A stretch of DNA of 64,000 bases, taken from contig DUCC01000020.1 in NCBI GenBank assembly GCA_012959995.1, positions 13,744 to 77,743 on the forward strand, in the 5' to 3' direction. Shown piece by piece: positions 29,280 to 38,613 of this stretch. Each line of letters opens with the position of its first letter. Within the stretch, counting starts at the first letter, position 1. Below the pieces are notes generated by a model. That model did no database searches, was not told the origin of the DNA, and worked only from the letters and a program-made list of their open reading frames with translations. The DNA is from Acidimicrobiia bacterium. Its GTDB lineage: Bacteria; Actinomycetota; Acidimicrobiia; Acidimicrobiales; MedAcidi-G1. The position numbers were made by a program, and so were the translations under genes.

Positions 29280-29774
29280 ATGAAAGCAAATCCAGATGTC
29301 ATCGCCCAGGCAGCAACCAACTGGCGAAAGCATCAATGGCCAGCCGTCGAGGCCATGCAGGCCGCGACGTCAATTACCCGAGCCCATCAATTGCTGGTAG
29401 GGCGCATTGACGCAGTGCTTGCTCCTTTGGCGCTAAATTTCAGTCGCTTCGAAGTATTGGCGCTGCTGTTTTTTACAAAAACTGGCCAAATGCCTTTAGG
29501 TAAAATCGGCGACCGACTGCAGGTCCACCCGGCCAGTGTCACGAACACCGTGACCCGGCTAACCAAAGATGGTTTTGTAAAACGGGTTGCCCACCCATCT
29601 GATGGTCGAACCACTTTGGCTGTTTTAACAGTTAAGGGGCGTCACCGGGTTGAAAAAGCGGCGGCGGTCTTAGGTGAAATCCAGTTTGGGGTTAGCGGCC
29701 TCAAACAGCCCGCAGCCAGGGAAGTAACTGAAGCGATCGCTGGTCTCCGGCAAGCGGCGGGAGACTTTGACTAA
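29280..29774 (+). CDS. MarR-family regulator, divergent from the mutase cluster
   Basis: Winged-helix pattern IGDRLQVHPASVTNTVTRL..DG, HPSDGRTT..LT..G. TACCCT 6 nt before ATG 29280. Confidence 0.9.
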   Translation: MKANPDVIAQAATNWRKHQWPAVEAMQAATSITRAHQLLVGRIDAVLAPLALNFSRFEVLALLFFTKTGQMPLGKIGDRLQVHPASVTNTVTRLTKDGFVKRVAHPSDGRTTLAVLTVKGRHRVEKAAAVLGEIQFGVSGLKQPAAREVTEAIAGLRQAAGDFD

Positions 29775-30808
29775 CCAGTGGTGAGGCTCACCGGGATCAC
29801 CGATTGGTCGGTGACCGCCATGAGTTGTTGACAACCGCTGGCTGTTTCGGCTTTTAAGCCAACGGCGCCATCAATGGTTGCGCTGGCTTGCGTACCGAGC
29901 AACGCATGGCCAGCCCATTGGTCAAAAACAAATACTTCTCCGGTGCTGGGGCGCAACAAAGCAAGCAAGGGTTCTGGAGAACATTGGCCATCGACCAGCC
30001 ATTGTCCAACGGTGGCGACATCGCCGGATAGTCCTACTTGGTATTGGTTTCCTTGGTGCTCCACGAGCGGGCCGGTCGGGTCGGTGGGTACCCAAACCGA
30101 AGAAGGTTCTGTTGCTGTTCGGTTGGCGAGTAGCAATCCGGCCCCTACCAAAAGAACTATGGCGGTTACCCCAAGGAGGGAACGGGAGACCGTGGTTAAA
30201 TTTTGCGGCAAGTTGGGGCGCAACCGAAAAGGGTCGTGGGCGGGTTTTTGCCCAGCAAAAACTCCCGAGAGGTCGGCCAAGGCAATGGCCAGATCAGTGG
30301 CTGTGTCGTTTTTGGCTACCCGGCAGGTGTGGCGTAGTTTTTTTCGTTGGCGTTGTTCTTGGGTTGAAGGGTCAGTGGGGAGGCGGCCAACGGTCTCGGT
30401 CAACAGGTCGGCTAAAGCGGCGAGGTCTTGAAAAGCCGCTGCGGGGTCGTCGGGCAAAGGCTGGGCTAAAGAAAAGTTGGTAATCAGCGGCCGACCCTCA
30501 AGGTCTACGAGGACTGTTTCTGCGCTGAGCGCTTGATGGCTTACCCCTGAGCGGTGCATTTCGGCCAGGGTGCGGGCTAAGGATGCGCCAAGGTGGCAGA
30601 GGTCGGTGGCGCTTTGTAAATCGTGATGGTTGAGTGTCTGATGGTCGGCGTCGTCGTAGGTGAGGGTGGCGTGGTCGCCGGTGCGTTCGAAAGACAACAC
30701 CCGCACCACCCCGGGCAGTCTTAAGCCGTTGAGGAGCACTACTTCGGCTTCAAGAACGTCGGCTTGGCGAGGGCTGCTGGCTTGGCGTTCTGTGGGGCCG
30801 ATGCTCAT
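29771..30808 (-). CDS. Membrane-anchored protein with truncated degenerate Ser/Thr-kinase-like domain (putative pseudokinase)
   Basis: LAEMHRSGVSHQALSAETVLV...LITNFS resembles kinase VIb/VII. One TM segment and a C-terminal beta-rich domain. Confidence 0.55.
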   Translation of the reverse strand: MSIGPTERQASSPRQADVLEAEVVLLNGLRLPGVVRVLSFERTGDHATLTYDDADHQTLNHHDLQSATDLCHLGASLARTLAEMHRSGVSHQALSAETVLVDLEGRPLITNFSLAQPLPDDPAAAFQDLAALADLLTETVGRLPTDPSTQEQRQRKKLRHTCRVAKNDTATDLAIALADLSGVFAGQKPAHDPFRLRPNLPQNLTTVSRSLLGVTAIVLLVGAGLLLANRTATEPSSVWVPTDPTGPLVEHQGNQYQVGLSGDVATVGQWLVDGQCSPEPLLALLRPSTGEVFVFDQWAGHALLGTQASATIDGAVGLKAETASGCQQLMAVTDQSVIPVSLTTG

Positions 30809-32073
30809 GCTCGGTTTTCATTTCCTAAAGAACCGGGGGGCAACGGGGTGGCTGGCTCGTTTTGCGTCCGAGAGGTAAGGCGGTCTAACTGGGCGGCGAT
30901 GCGGCGGGCAATTTGTGCCGCGCTTTCTCCGCTGGGGTCGGTGCCGGGGTCACTGATTTCTCCGGTCGGGTTGGTGGCCGTTAATTTCTTGCGACCAAAT
31001 GGAGAACGCCACCGTGGCCTTGGTCCAGCGGGGTACAAAATGAGTGGAGAGATTCGTTTGTCGTCTACGCCGGCCGCTACCAAAGTGTTGAGGGTGCGTT
31101 GTTGGGCGATGGTATCTCGTTCGCTGGGACGGCCTACCACCACCACAAAATCGGCCAGATTCATAACCACTCGGGCAATTTCTCCCGGGGTAGAAGGGCC
31201 AGTGGGTTGCTCTTCGGGGGCCAAATCAACAAAGGGGTCTACATCTACCACGGTAACCAAATGGTGGCGAGCGATGTTGATGAGGGTGGCGCGCAAGCTT
31301 GAGCCTCCGGCGGCTGGCCAATCGCGGCGCCGGAGGAGGCCGGGCAACAGTCGATAGGGAGCCCCCGAGGGCTGAATCATGAGGGTAAAAAGTTCTTGTG
31401 CGGTGGGTTGGCCGGTGCGGTGGGCTTGTACTGCTTGTTGCAGATTTTTTCCGTCGGGGTCAACGCCGTGCAAATGAGCTTGGTCGGCTTCCAGACAGGC
31501 GTCAACTAGTGCTACGGATTTTTGGAAACGTGGGTCATGGCCGAGGCCTAAGGCAAGCGCTCGAGCCACTGAGGAAGCCCCGGTACCGCCGGGCCCGGTA
31601 ACGGCGATTAGACGACCGCGCCAACTGGTGTTTTGCCATTTGGCTTTGTCGCCGATGGCCGGTGGCGCCGTCGGGGTGTCGCTCTTGCGAAAACGGTCGG
31701 TTTGGTTTATGAGATTGCCGTGCCGTTGTAGCGCTAAGCGAAGGTCTTCGTCGGCCAAAAACGAGGAGATTACCTCATCGGCCCCCAGGTTTTTCCATCG
31801 ACCGGCGTCGGTTTCTTTACCAACAACGATGACTGGGCAGTGGGCAGCATGCGAGCGCTGGATCAACTCGCGGTCTAAACCAACGGTGCGGTGGTCTATT
31901 AAAAGCGCAGAAAAAGGCCGGCCGGAAGCCAGACGGTTGGTGAGGTCGGCTATACCGGCGCAGGGCAGAAACTCTCCTGCTGGTTGCCCCGTGTCAAGCA
32001 CCGGTTGCACTTTGGTCATCCAACCGGGTGCTCCCGAAGCCAAACCGAGAAGCACGTATCGCTGCCCGTTCAT
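30805..32073 (-). CDS. TadZ/CpaE-like protein (receiver-like N-terminus plus MinD/ParA-like P-loop domain)
   Basis: IAVTGPGGTGASSVA Lys-less Walker A, ALVDAC, VVDV. ATGA-type overlap with the next gene. Confidence 0.6.
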   Translation of the reverse strand: MNGQRYVLLGLASGAPGWMTKVQPVLDTGQPAGEFLPCAGIADLTNRLASGRPFSALLIDHRTVGLDRELIQRSHAAHCPVIVVGKETDAGRWKNLGADEVISSFLADEDLRLALQRHGNLINQTDRFRKSDTPTAPPAIGDKAKWQNTSWRGRLIAVTGPGGTGASSVARALALGLGHDPRFQKSVALVDACLEADQAHLHGVDPDGKNLQQAVQAHRTGQPTAQELFTLMIQPSGAPYRLLPGLLRRRDWPAAGGSSLRATLINIARHHLVTVVDVDPFVDLAPEEQPTGPSTPGEIARVVMNLADFVVVVGRPSERDTIAQQRTLNTLVAAGVDDKRISPLILYPAGPRPRWRSPFGRKKLTATNPTGEISDPGTDPSGESAAQIARRIAAQLDRLTSRTQNEPATPLPPGSLGNENRA

Positions 32074-32121
32074 GGGTTTAAAGTAGTCCAGATTTTCTGG
32101 ATTAGCCCGGCGACACGTGTG

Positions 32122-32391
32122 TTATTTGCAGGCGTCTTCTAGTGCGTTAAATAGACCTTGGCCTTTTTTGAGAGACCAGGTGATTTCGCCAAACGAAGTA
32201 TGGGCGACGATGGAATCGGCACCAATCATTTTTTTGTCTCTGTCTAGGCTCTCTACGCTGGCGGCGTCGAGGCGGCCTACCCATGTTTGGTCTTCGGTGG
32301 AGCGCACAATGCTGGTGGCGGTTATTTCAAGGGTCACTTGTCGTTCGGTGCCCTCTTGGTCGGTTTCGGTAATGTTGTCGAAAGTTGTCAT
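32122..32391 (-). CDS. Small hypothetical protein (89 aa)
   Basis: Protein-like composition, fills the gap before the TadZ-like gene, -10-like CAAAGT 6 nt upstream of ATG 32391. Confidence 0.5.
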   Translation of the reverse strand: MTTFDNITETDQEGTERQVTLEITATSIVRSTEDQTWVGRLDAASVESLDRDKKMIGADSIVAHTSFGEITWSLKKGQGLFNALEDACK

Positions 32392-32471
32392 GACCACACT
32401 TTGACACGGTGGGCCACAAAAGCCACCCTCATTGACTTGCCAATTGACGAAAAAGATGGAAAGATACCGAA

Positions 32472-32738
32472 ATGGAAGAAAAAGTAGTTGATGCTAGTCA
32501 ACCACCACAAGAGACAGTGTGGTTGAGCTCTGGTGCGGCGGCCAAGCGGTTGGGGATTACCACACGCACCCTGTACCGACTTATCGACGAGGGCCAGATC
32601 GCAGGGTTTCGCTTCGGTCGGGTTATCCGCCTTCGGCTTGATGACGTTGAACGGTTTGTCGAGCAATCTCGTATCCAGCCTGGAGACTTGCGTCACCTGT
32701 ATCAAGAGGCCTCCGAGGACAACGAAATCGTTGATTGA
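32472..32738 (+). CDS. Excisionase/BldC-like MerR-superfamily HTH protein
   Basis: LSSGAAAKRLGITTRTLYRLIDEGQIAGFRFGRVIRL. Confidence 0.88.
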   Translation: MEEKVVDASQPPQETVWLSSGAAAKRLGITTRTLYRLIDEGQIAGFRFGRVIRLRLDDVERFVEQSRIQPGDLRHLYQEASEDNEIVD

Positions 32739-32837
32739 TTTCTAGCCAGAACCTTCGCCGGAGTTTCTCCTACGCGGATAGGATAAATACCAACGACCGA
32801 AACGGTTGTTCACCCGCCCCCGGCCTTTGGCCGCTTC

Positions 32838-34136
32838 TTGAAAGCTATTGCCCTGAAATTCTTTACTCAGAACGCTGCGGAAATGCTGTCCGGCCCGGCC
32901 TGGTTAAACGAAATGCGTCGCGCCATGGTGGATCAACTCGCTGATGTGGTTCGCCCCGACCCTGATGAAGAGGTCTGGCGGTATTCACGGGTAGGCGAAC
33001 TCGACCTTGATCAGATTGCTCCGGCAACCGAACGGCCAACCCCCATGGTGCCTCCCGGAGGTCAGCGTTTCACTAACCCCAGCGCCGTAGCAGTGCTGCA
33101 AAACGGGTGGATCACCAGCCTGACCTTGAGCGACGAAGCAGCGGCCGCTGGCCTAACCGTAGGCCCGGTGGCCGACCTTCCCGACGGACAAGAACGCTAC
33201 GGAGCTGCGCTCAGCGACCCTGCGGATTTGTTTGGCTACCTGAACCGTGCTTTCGGCCCGGAGCCTTTAGCCATCATCGTGCCCGACGGGGTTGCCTTGG
33301 CAGAGCCCATTGTGGTGACCAGTTTGACGGACAGCGCTTCGGCGGTATTCCCACGGATCATTGTGCATTGCGGCGCTAACGCAGCGGCCACGGTGGTTGA
33401 AATGCAAACCTCGTCTGCCGAAGCGACGGTGGTTGCTCCGGTGTTGGAAGTAACGGTGGGGCAAGGAGCCCGGTACCAGCATTGTGTGGTGCAAAACATG
33501 GCTGCTGATACTTGGCAATTCGGCCATCAAGCCATCAACGTGGGGCAAGACGCTACGGCAGAACTCTTTATGGCTGGCCTGGGTGGCGACTACGTGCGTA
33601 CCCGTACCGATTGCCGCTTGGTGGGGCGAGGAGCCTACGGGCGTCTCACTGCGGCTTACTTTGGCGAAGACAGTCAAACCATGGATTTTCGTACTTTCCA
33701 AGACCACGCCGCTCCTGACACGACCAGCGAATTGTTGTTCAAGGGTGCGCTCGATGGGGCCTCTCGCTCCATCTACACCGGGCTCATAAAAGTGCGGCCC
33801 GAAGGCACCGGTACTAAGGCATATCAAACCAATCGCAACATCAAGTTGTCGCCAGAGGCTTGGGCCGAAAGCGTGCCCAACCTAGAAATCGAAACCAACG
33901 ACGTGATGTGCAGCCATGCCTCGGCGGTATCTCCGGTAGATGAAGAACAGCGCTTCTATTTGGAAAGCCGTGGTGTGCCCACCCCGGTAGCCGAACGTTT
34001 GTTGCTGGAAGGGTTTTTTGCCGAAGTGGCAGAAGTTGCCCCAGTGCCTGCGGTGGCAGAAATCTTACAAGAAGCCATCGTGGCCAAACTTGATCGCCGG
34101 ACGGAAAACTTGGCCGCGGCCCAGGAGGCCTCATGA
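32838..34136 (+). CDS. sufD: Fe-S cluster assembly protein SufD
   Basis: EEVWRYS, LFKGAL, NLEIETNDVMCSHASAV, EEQRFYLESRG, EGFF. Start approximate (TTG). Confidence 0.88.
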   Translation: MKAIALKFFTQNAAEMLSGPAWLNEMRRAMVDQLADVVRPDPDEEVWRYSRVGELDLDQIAPATERPTPMVPPGGQRFTNPSAVAVLQNGWITSLTLSDEAAAAGLTVGPVADLPDGQERYGAALSDPADLFGYLNRAFGPEPLAIIVPDGVALAEPIVVTSLTDSASAVFPRIIVHCGANAAATVVEMQTSSAEATVVAPVLEVTVGQGARYQHCVVQNMAADTWQFGHQAINVGQDATAELFMAGLGGDYVRTRTDCRLVGRGAYGRLTAAYFGEDSQTMDFRTFQDHAAPDTTSELLFKGALDGASRSIYTGLIKVRPEGTGTKAYQTNRNIKLSPEAWAESVPNLEIETNDVMCSHASAVSPVDEEQRFYLESRGVPTPVAERLLLEGFFAEVAEVAPVPAVAEILQEAIVAKLDRRTENLAAAQEAS

Positions 34137-34447
34137 CTGCGGTAAAGGTTTGCCAACTTTCCGAATTGGCTGATGGCCTTCCTCGTCAAGTAGAAGTTGA
34201 CGGCCAACCAGTGTTGGTGGTTCAAGTGGGGGGCGAGTTGTTTGCCGTGTCTGACACTTGCAGCCATGCCGATATTTCGTTGGTGGGGGGAGAAATCGAA
34301 GCGGGTGAATGTGCAGTGGAATGCCCCAAACATGGGAGCTTGTTTTCGTTGCGTACCGGTGAGGCCTTAACCATGCCCGCCACCCAACCGATCGAAGTGT
34401 TCGCCGTTTCTGTTGAGGATCAAGAGGTAGTGATTAGCCATGGCTGA
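34133..34447 (+). CDS. Rieske-type [2Fe-2S] ferredoxin
   Basis: CSH...CPKH ligands. Confidence 0.93.
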   Translation: MTAVKVCQLSELADGLPRQVEVDGQPVLVVQVGGELFAVSDTCSHADISLVGGEIEAGECAVECPKHGSLFSLRTGEALTMPATQPIEVFAVSVEDQEVVISHG

Positions 34448-35240
34448 CCAAGTGCTTTGTATCAAAGGTCTACGGGCCGAAATTGCTGGTAAAGAAATTT
34501 TGACCGGCATTGACCTTGAGGTGCGCCCCGGTGAGGTGCACGCCATCATGGGCCCCAATGGGTCGGGCAAGTCAACGCTGTCGCATGTTTTGATGGGCCG
34601 CCCTGGCTACACGGTGACCGGCGGATCGGTGACCCTCGATGGGGTGGATCTTTTAGCTTTGGCCCCTTGGGAACGAGCGCAAGCCGGGCTGTTTCTTTGC
34701 TTGCAGCACCCCACCGAAGTGCCGGGGGTGAGTTTGGCATCGGTGCTGACTGAAGCGGCTCGGGCTGGTGGACGTAATGAAGAAACGATTCAACAACGCA
34801 TGGTCGATGAAGCGGCTCGCATCGGTTTTGATCAAAAGTTTTTGACCCGCCCCCTCAACGTAGACCTTTCAGGCGGCGAAAAAAAACGCAACGAAACCTT
34901 GCAACTTGGCGTGTTGGGCGCCCAGTATGCGGTGTTAGATGAAATTGACTCTGGATTGGACGTGGATGCTTTGGCGGCCGTGGCTAAACGCATTCAAGAG
35001 GCCACCGAAAACGAAGGCTTAGGCGTGTTGGCCATTACCCACTTCAGCCGACTGCTCGAAGTGTTAGAACCCGACCGGGTGCACGTGTTGGCCCAAGGCC
35101 GTATTCAGGTTTCTGGCGGCCCAGAAATTGTGGAACGCCTAGAAGCCGAGGGGTATGTCGGTTTGCTTGGTGAAGCAGCGGTCAAGGCAGAAGAGGAAGA
35201 AAACCTTTTGCCGGACCCGTTCGCTGACCCGCTTCTTTAA
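34440..35240 (+). CDS. sufC: Fe-S assembly ATPase SufC, copy 1
   Basis: GPNGSGKST, RAQAGLFL, LSGGEKKRNE, LDEIDSGLDVDAL, ITH. Confidence 0.92.
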   Translation: MADQVLCIKGLRAEIAGKEILTGIDLEVRPGEVHAIMGPNGSGKSTLSHVLMGRPGYTVTGGSVTLDGVDLLALAPWERAQAGLFLCLQHPTEVPGVSLASVLTEAARAGGRNEETIQQRMVDEAARIGFDQKFLTRPLNVDLSGGEKKRNETLQLGVLGAQYAVLDEIDSGLDVDALAAVAKRIQEATENEGLGVLAITHFSRLLEVLEPDRVHVLAQGRIQVSGGPEIVERLEAEGYVGLLGEAAVKAEEEENLLPDPFADPLL

Positions 35241-35252
35241 TCTGGACGTCCG

Positions 35253-35714
35253 CTAAGCGGTCGCTTCGACGAGCGCTTGGTCAAGGGTGTTCCAGCCCAA
35301 GGTGGCGCATTTGATGCGAACCGGAAACTTCACCACACCCCGCAACGCCTCAAGGTCACCGAGTTGGGGAGCGGGAGCGGCATCAGCATCGGTGTCGTCG
35401 AGTTCGTGTTCGTGGATGGACATCATTTCTTTGAAGGCCTGCAGCACTTGGCGGGCTTCTTCTACGGTTTTTCCTAAAACGGCGGTGGTCATCATGGATG
35501 CTGATGACTGGCTAATGGAGCACCCTTGGCCACCGATGCGAATATCGGTGATGGTGTTGTTCTCCACGGCTAAGAACACTTTGATTTCGTCGCCACAAAG
35601 CGGGTTGAAACCTTCGGCCATGTGAGCCGGTGGGGTTTCTAACTCACCCTGGTTGCGGGGGCTGCGGTAGTGGTCGAGGATTATTTCTCGGTAGAGGTCT
35701 TCTAAGCCTGGCAT
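35253..35714 (-). CDS. sufU: SufU/IscU-type sulfur transfer or scaffold protein
   Basis: LYREIILDHY, NPLCGD, GCSISQSSAS, RIKCATL. Confidence 0.93.
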   Translation of the reverse strand: MPGLEDLYREIILDHYRSPRNQGELETPPAHMAEGFNPLCGDEIKVFLAVENNTITDIRIGGQGCSISQSSASMMTTAVLGKTVEEARQVLQAFKEMMSIHEHELDDTDADAAPAPQLGDLEALRGVVKFPVRIKCATLGWNTLDQALVEATA

Positions 35715-35747
35715 GTGGTGCTCGTTGGGTAGCGGGTGGTTGGGTAA

Positions 35748-36980
35748 TTAGAAGGCGAAGAACTGTCCGGCTGCTTCGAGAGCATCGGCCAGTGCGTCGA
35801 CATCGGATTCGTCGTTATAAAGGTAGAGCGAAGCGCGGGCAGTAGCACCCACCCCCAGTAAACGCATGAGGGGCTTGGCGCAATGGTGGCCGGCACGTAC
35901 GCAAACACCGCGTTCGTCAAGTACTTGGCTGAGGTCGTGGGGGTGAACGTCTTTGTAGCAAAGTGACAGCACACCGCCCCGAATGGTGAGGTCTTGCGGG
36001 CCGTGAATAATTAGGTCTTCGCCGAAACGGTCGCCCAGGGTGCGCAGGGCGTAACCGGTGAGTTGGGTTTCGTGGGCGACGATGTTGTCCATGCCCAGGT
36101 TTTCTAGGTAATCCACGGCAGCGCCCAGCCCGATCATTTCGGCGATAGGTGGAGTGCCGGCTTCGAACTTCCAAGGGATTTCGTTGGCGGTAAAACCTTC
36201 TTGGGTGACGTTGAGAATCATCTCGCCTCCGCCGAGGAAAGGCGGCATGGCTTCTAACAACTCTGCGCGACCCCACAACACACCGATGCCGGTTGGGCCG
36301 CACATTTTGTGGCCGGTAAAGACTAAAAAGTCGCAGTTGAATTCGGCAACGTCGGTGGGGCGGTGAGGAACCCATTGGCTGGCGTCTACCAGACAAAGGG
36401 CGCCCACGGCGTGGGCGGCATCGGCCAGTAAGCGCACGGGAGGGAGGGTGCCCAAAACGTTTGAGGCGGCCGAAATGGCTACCAGTTTTACGCCTTCGAG
36501 CATTCGGTCAAGGTCGGTGAGGTCAAGTTGGCCGTCATCGGTGAGGGGTATCCAGCGCACTTCGACGCCTTTGTCGGCGGCCAGTTGCTGCCAAGGCACG
36601 ATGTTGGCGTGGTGCTCTAACGACGAGATGAGTACCACGTCGCCGGCGTTGAGGTTGGCTCGCCCCCAGGTGTAAGACACCAGGTTGATGGCTTCGGTAG
36701 CGTTTTTGGTGAAGATGATTTCTCGGTCGGCGGGGGCGTTAATAAAGTTAGCGACCCGCAGGCGAGCGTTTTCGGTGGCGTCAGTGGCGGCGGCGGCCAG
36801 GTAGTAGGCCCCGCGGTGCACGTTTGCGTTGAGGTGTTCGTAGTAGTGGTTGAGGGCGTCGAGTACCTGTTGAGGTTTTTGTGAGGTAGCGCCAGAGTCT
36901 AAGTAGATGACCGGCCGGTCGTTGATCAGATTGTTGAGCAGAGGAAAGTCTGCTTTGACGGCCGCGGCATCTAAGGTCAT
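35748..36980 (-). CDS. sufS: Cysteine desulfurase SufS
   Basis: YLDSGATSQKP, NVHRG, TGHKMCGPTG, RAGHHCA (catalytic Cys). Confidence 0.95.
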   Translation of the reverse strand: MTLDAAAVKADFPLLNNLINDRPVIYLDSGATSQKPQQVLDALNHYYEHLNANVHRGAYYLAAAATDATENARLRVANFINAPADREIIFTKNATEAINLVSYTWGRANLNAGDVVLISSLEHHANIVPWQQLAADKGVEVRWIPLTDDGQLDLTDLDRMLEGVKLVAISAASNVLGTLPPVRLLADAAHAVGALCLVDASQWVPHRPTDVAEFNCDFLVFTGHKMCGPTGIGVLWGRAELLEAMPPFLGGGEMILNVTQEGFTANEIPWKFEAGTPPIAEMIGLGAAVDYLENLGMDNIVAHETQLTGYALRTLGDRFGEDLIIHGPQDLTIRGGVLSLCYKDVHPHDLSQVLDERGVCVRAGHHCAKPLMRLLGVGATARASLYLYNDESDVDALADALEAAGQFFAF

Positions 36981-37744
36981 GCGGTGGCTCCGACTCGGAA
37001 AGCGTCGAAGCCTTGTTCTTCGAGTTGGACGGCTAGTTCGAAGCCGCCTTGTTTGACAATGCGGCCTTCCATCAAGATGTGCACGAAGTCTGGTTGGAGG
37101 TATTCCAACAGGCGCTGGTAATGGGTGATGGTGACCACGCCGAGGTCGGGGCGCTCTTGGCGTACTGCGGTGACCCCGTCGGCCACGGTGCGTAGGGCAT
37201 CAATGTCGAGACCGGAGTCGGTTTCATCCAAAATGGCGAGTTCTGGTTCCAAGATGGCCATCTGGAGGATTTCGTTGCGTTTTTTTTCACCGCCGGAAAA
37301 GCCTTCGTTGAGGTAGCGGTCGGCGAAGGAAGGGTCCATGCCGAGGCGGTCCATCCATTCCATGATGGCGAGGCGAAGTTCTAGCACCGAGAGGTCGATG
37401 CCTTTGCGAGCGGAGAGGGCTTGGCGTAAAAAATTGATGACCGATACGCCGGCGACTTCTTGCGGGTATTGGAAAGCTAAAAAGATGCCGGCTCGGCCTC
37501 GAGTGTCGGCGGACCATTCGGTGATGTCGTCGCCTTGAAAGCGCAGCGAGCCTTTGGTGATGACGTATTCGGGGCTACCTAAAAGCACGGCGGCCAAGGT
37601 GGATTTACCTGAACCGTTGGGGCCCATCAAAGCGTGGATTTCTCCGGTGTTTACGACCAGATCAACCCCGTTCAAAATGGGTTGCCCATCCACCGTGGTG
37701 GCGTGCAGGTTTTCGACTTCGAAGAGGGGGGCGGTGGTATTCAC
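36977..37744 (-). CDS. sufC: Fe-S assembly ATPase SufC, copy 2
   Basis: GPNGSGKST, FLAFQYP, GFSGGEKKRNE, LDETDSGLDIDAL, ITHYQRLL. Confidence 0.93.
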   Translation of the reverse strand: MNTTAPLFEVENLHATTVDGQPILNGVDLVVNTGEIHALMGPNGSGKSTLAAVLLGSPEYVITKGSLRFQGDDITEWSADTRGRAGIFLAFQYPQEVAGVSVINFLRQALSARKGIDLSVLELRLAIMEWMDRLGMDPSFADRYLNEGFSGGEKKRNEILQMAILEPELAILDETDSGLDIDALRTVADGVTAVRQERPDLGVVTITHYQRLLEYLQPDFVHILMEGRIVKQGGFELAVQLEEQGFDAFRVGATA

Positions 37745-37803
37745 AGTGTGGAGTCTAAACGGTTTAAGGGATTACCACTATGCCCATAGGGGAAATACAT
37801 TGC

Positions 37804-38481
37804 TTACCAACCGCGGGCTACCCAGTCGTCTAACAAGGGCTGTTCGGCTCCGATGGTGGTGTCGGTGCCGTGGCCCGGCAAAACAAAGGTTTCTGCGGGT
37901 AGGGGAGCAAACAACCGGCGGTCTATGGAATCGATGATTTGTTCAAAGTTGCCGGTGTCAAAGTGGGTGGCTCCGGGCCCGCCAGGAAACAGGGTGTCGC
38001 CGGAGAAAAGAATGGGCGCCCCTTCCAAGCGAAAGCAGATAGACCCCGGGGTATGGCCGGGGGTGCAGATGGTGTGCAGGCGCAGGCGCCCTACTTCGAT
38101 AACCGATTCGTCTTCCAACAAATAGTCGTAACCGTCGAGCAACGCTGCGTCGGCGGCCGTTACCCCCACCTGATAGCCGGCTTCGCGTACCGCAGGTACG
38201 GCGGCAATATGGTCGGGGTGGCCGTGGGTTTCTAATACGGTGCGCACGTCGAGGGTTCGGCAGAGTTCCAGCAGTTTGTCGTGTTCGTTGGCGGCATCAA
38301 TTAATACCGATTCGCCGGTTTGTCGGCAGCGCAAGACAAAAACGTTGTTGGCGTAGTCGCCGACCACAATTTTGTGAATCTCGGACTGGGTGTCACACCA
38401 GTGCAGCGACACTCCTGGCACCCCGGTGTTGGGGTGATCGTGGTGGTCGCATGGGCTAAGCGGGCTACTGGTTTCTGTCAT
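37804..38481 (-). CDS. MBL-fold (glyoxalase II-like) hydrolase
   Basis: THGHPDH, TPGHTPGS, FSGDTLFPGGPG, LPGHG. Confidence 0.92.
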   Translation of the reverse strand: MTETSSPLSPCDHHDHPNTGVPGVSLHWCDTQSEIHKIVVGDYANNVFVLRCRQTGESVLIDAANEHDKLLELCRTLDVRTVLETHGHPDHIAAVPAVREAGYQVGVTAADAALLDGYDYLLEDESVIEVGRLRLHTICTPGHTPGSICFRLEGAPILFSGDTLFPGGPGATHFDTGNFEQIIDSIDRRLFAPLPAETFVLPGHGTDTTIGAEQPLLDDWVARGW

Positions 38482-38613
38482 GGCTCTATCTTGCCCGAAA
38501 ACTTCCTGCCATGAGTTACCCGCCCGGTGTGGCTGCGGTGGTTACCGGCTGGTAGAACATGGGGAACGGCCACATGGCCAATTCGTAACAACCATCTAAC
38601 AGGAGTGCAACAG

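Noticed and set aside
32472-32738. Excisionase-like gene as a prophage/ICE marker
   Set aside because: No integrase, att pair or phage genes nearby. It is embedded among core genes.
34247-34257. Third GTGTCTGACAC palindrome
   Set aside because: Only 11 bp, no outer arms, and it encodes VSDT next to the Rieske CxH ligand.
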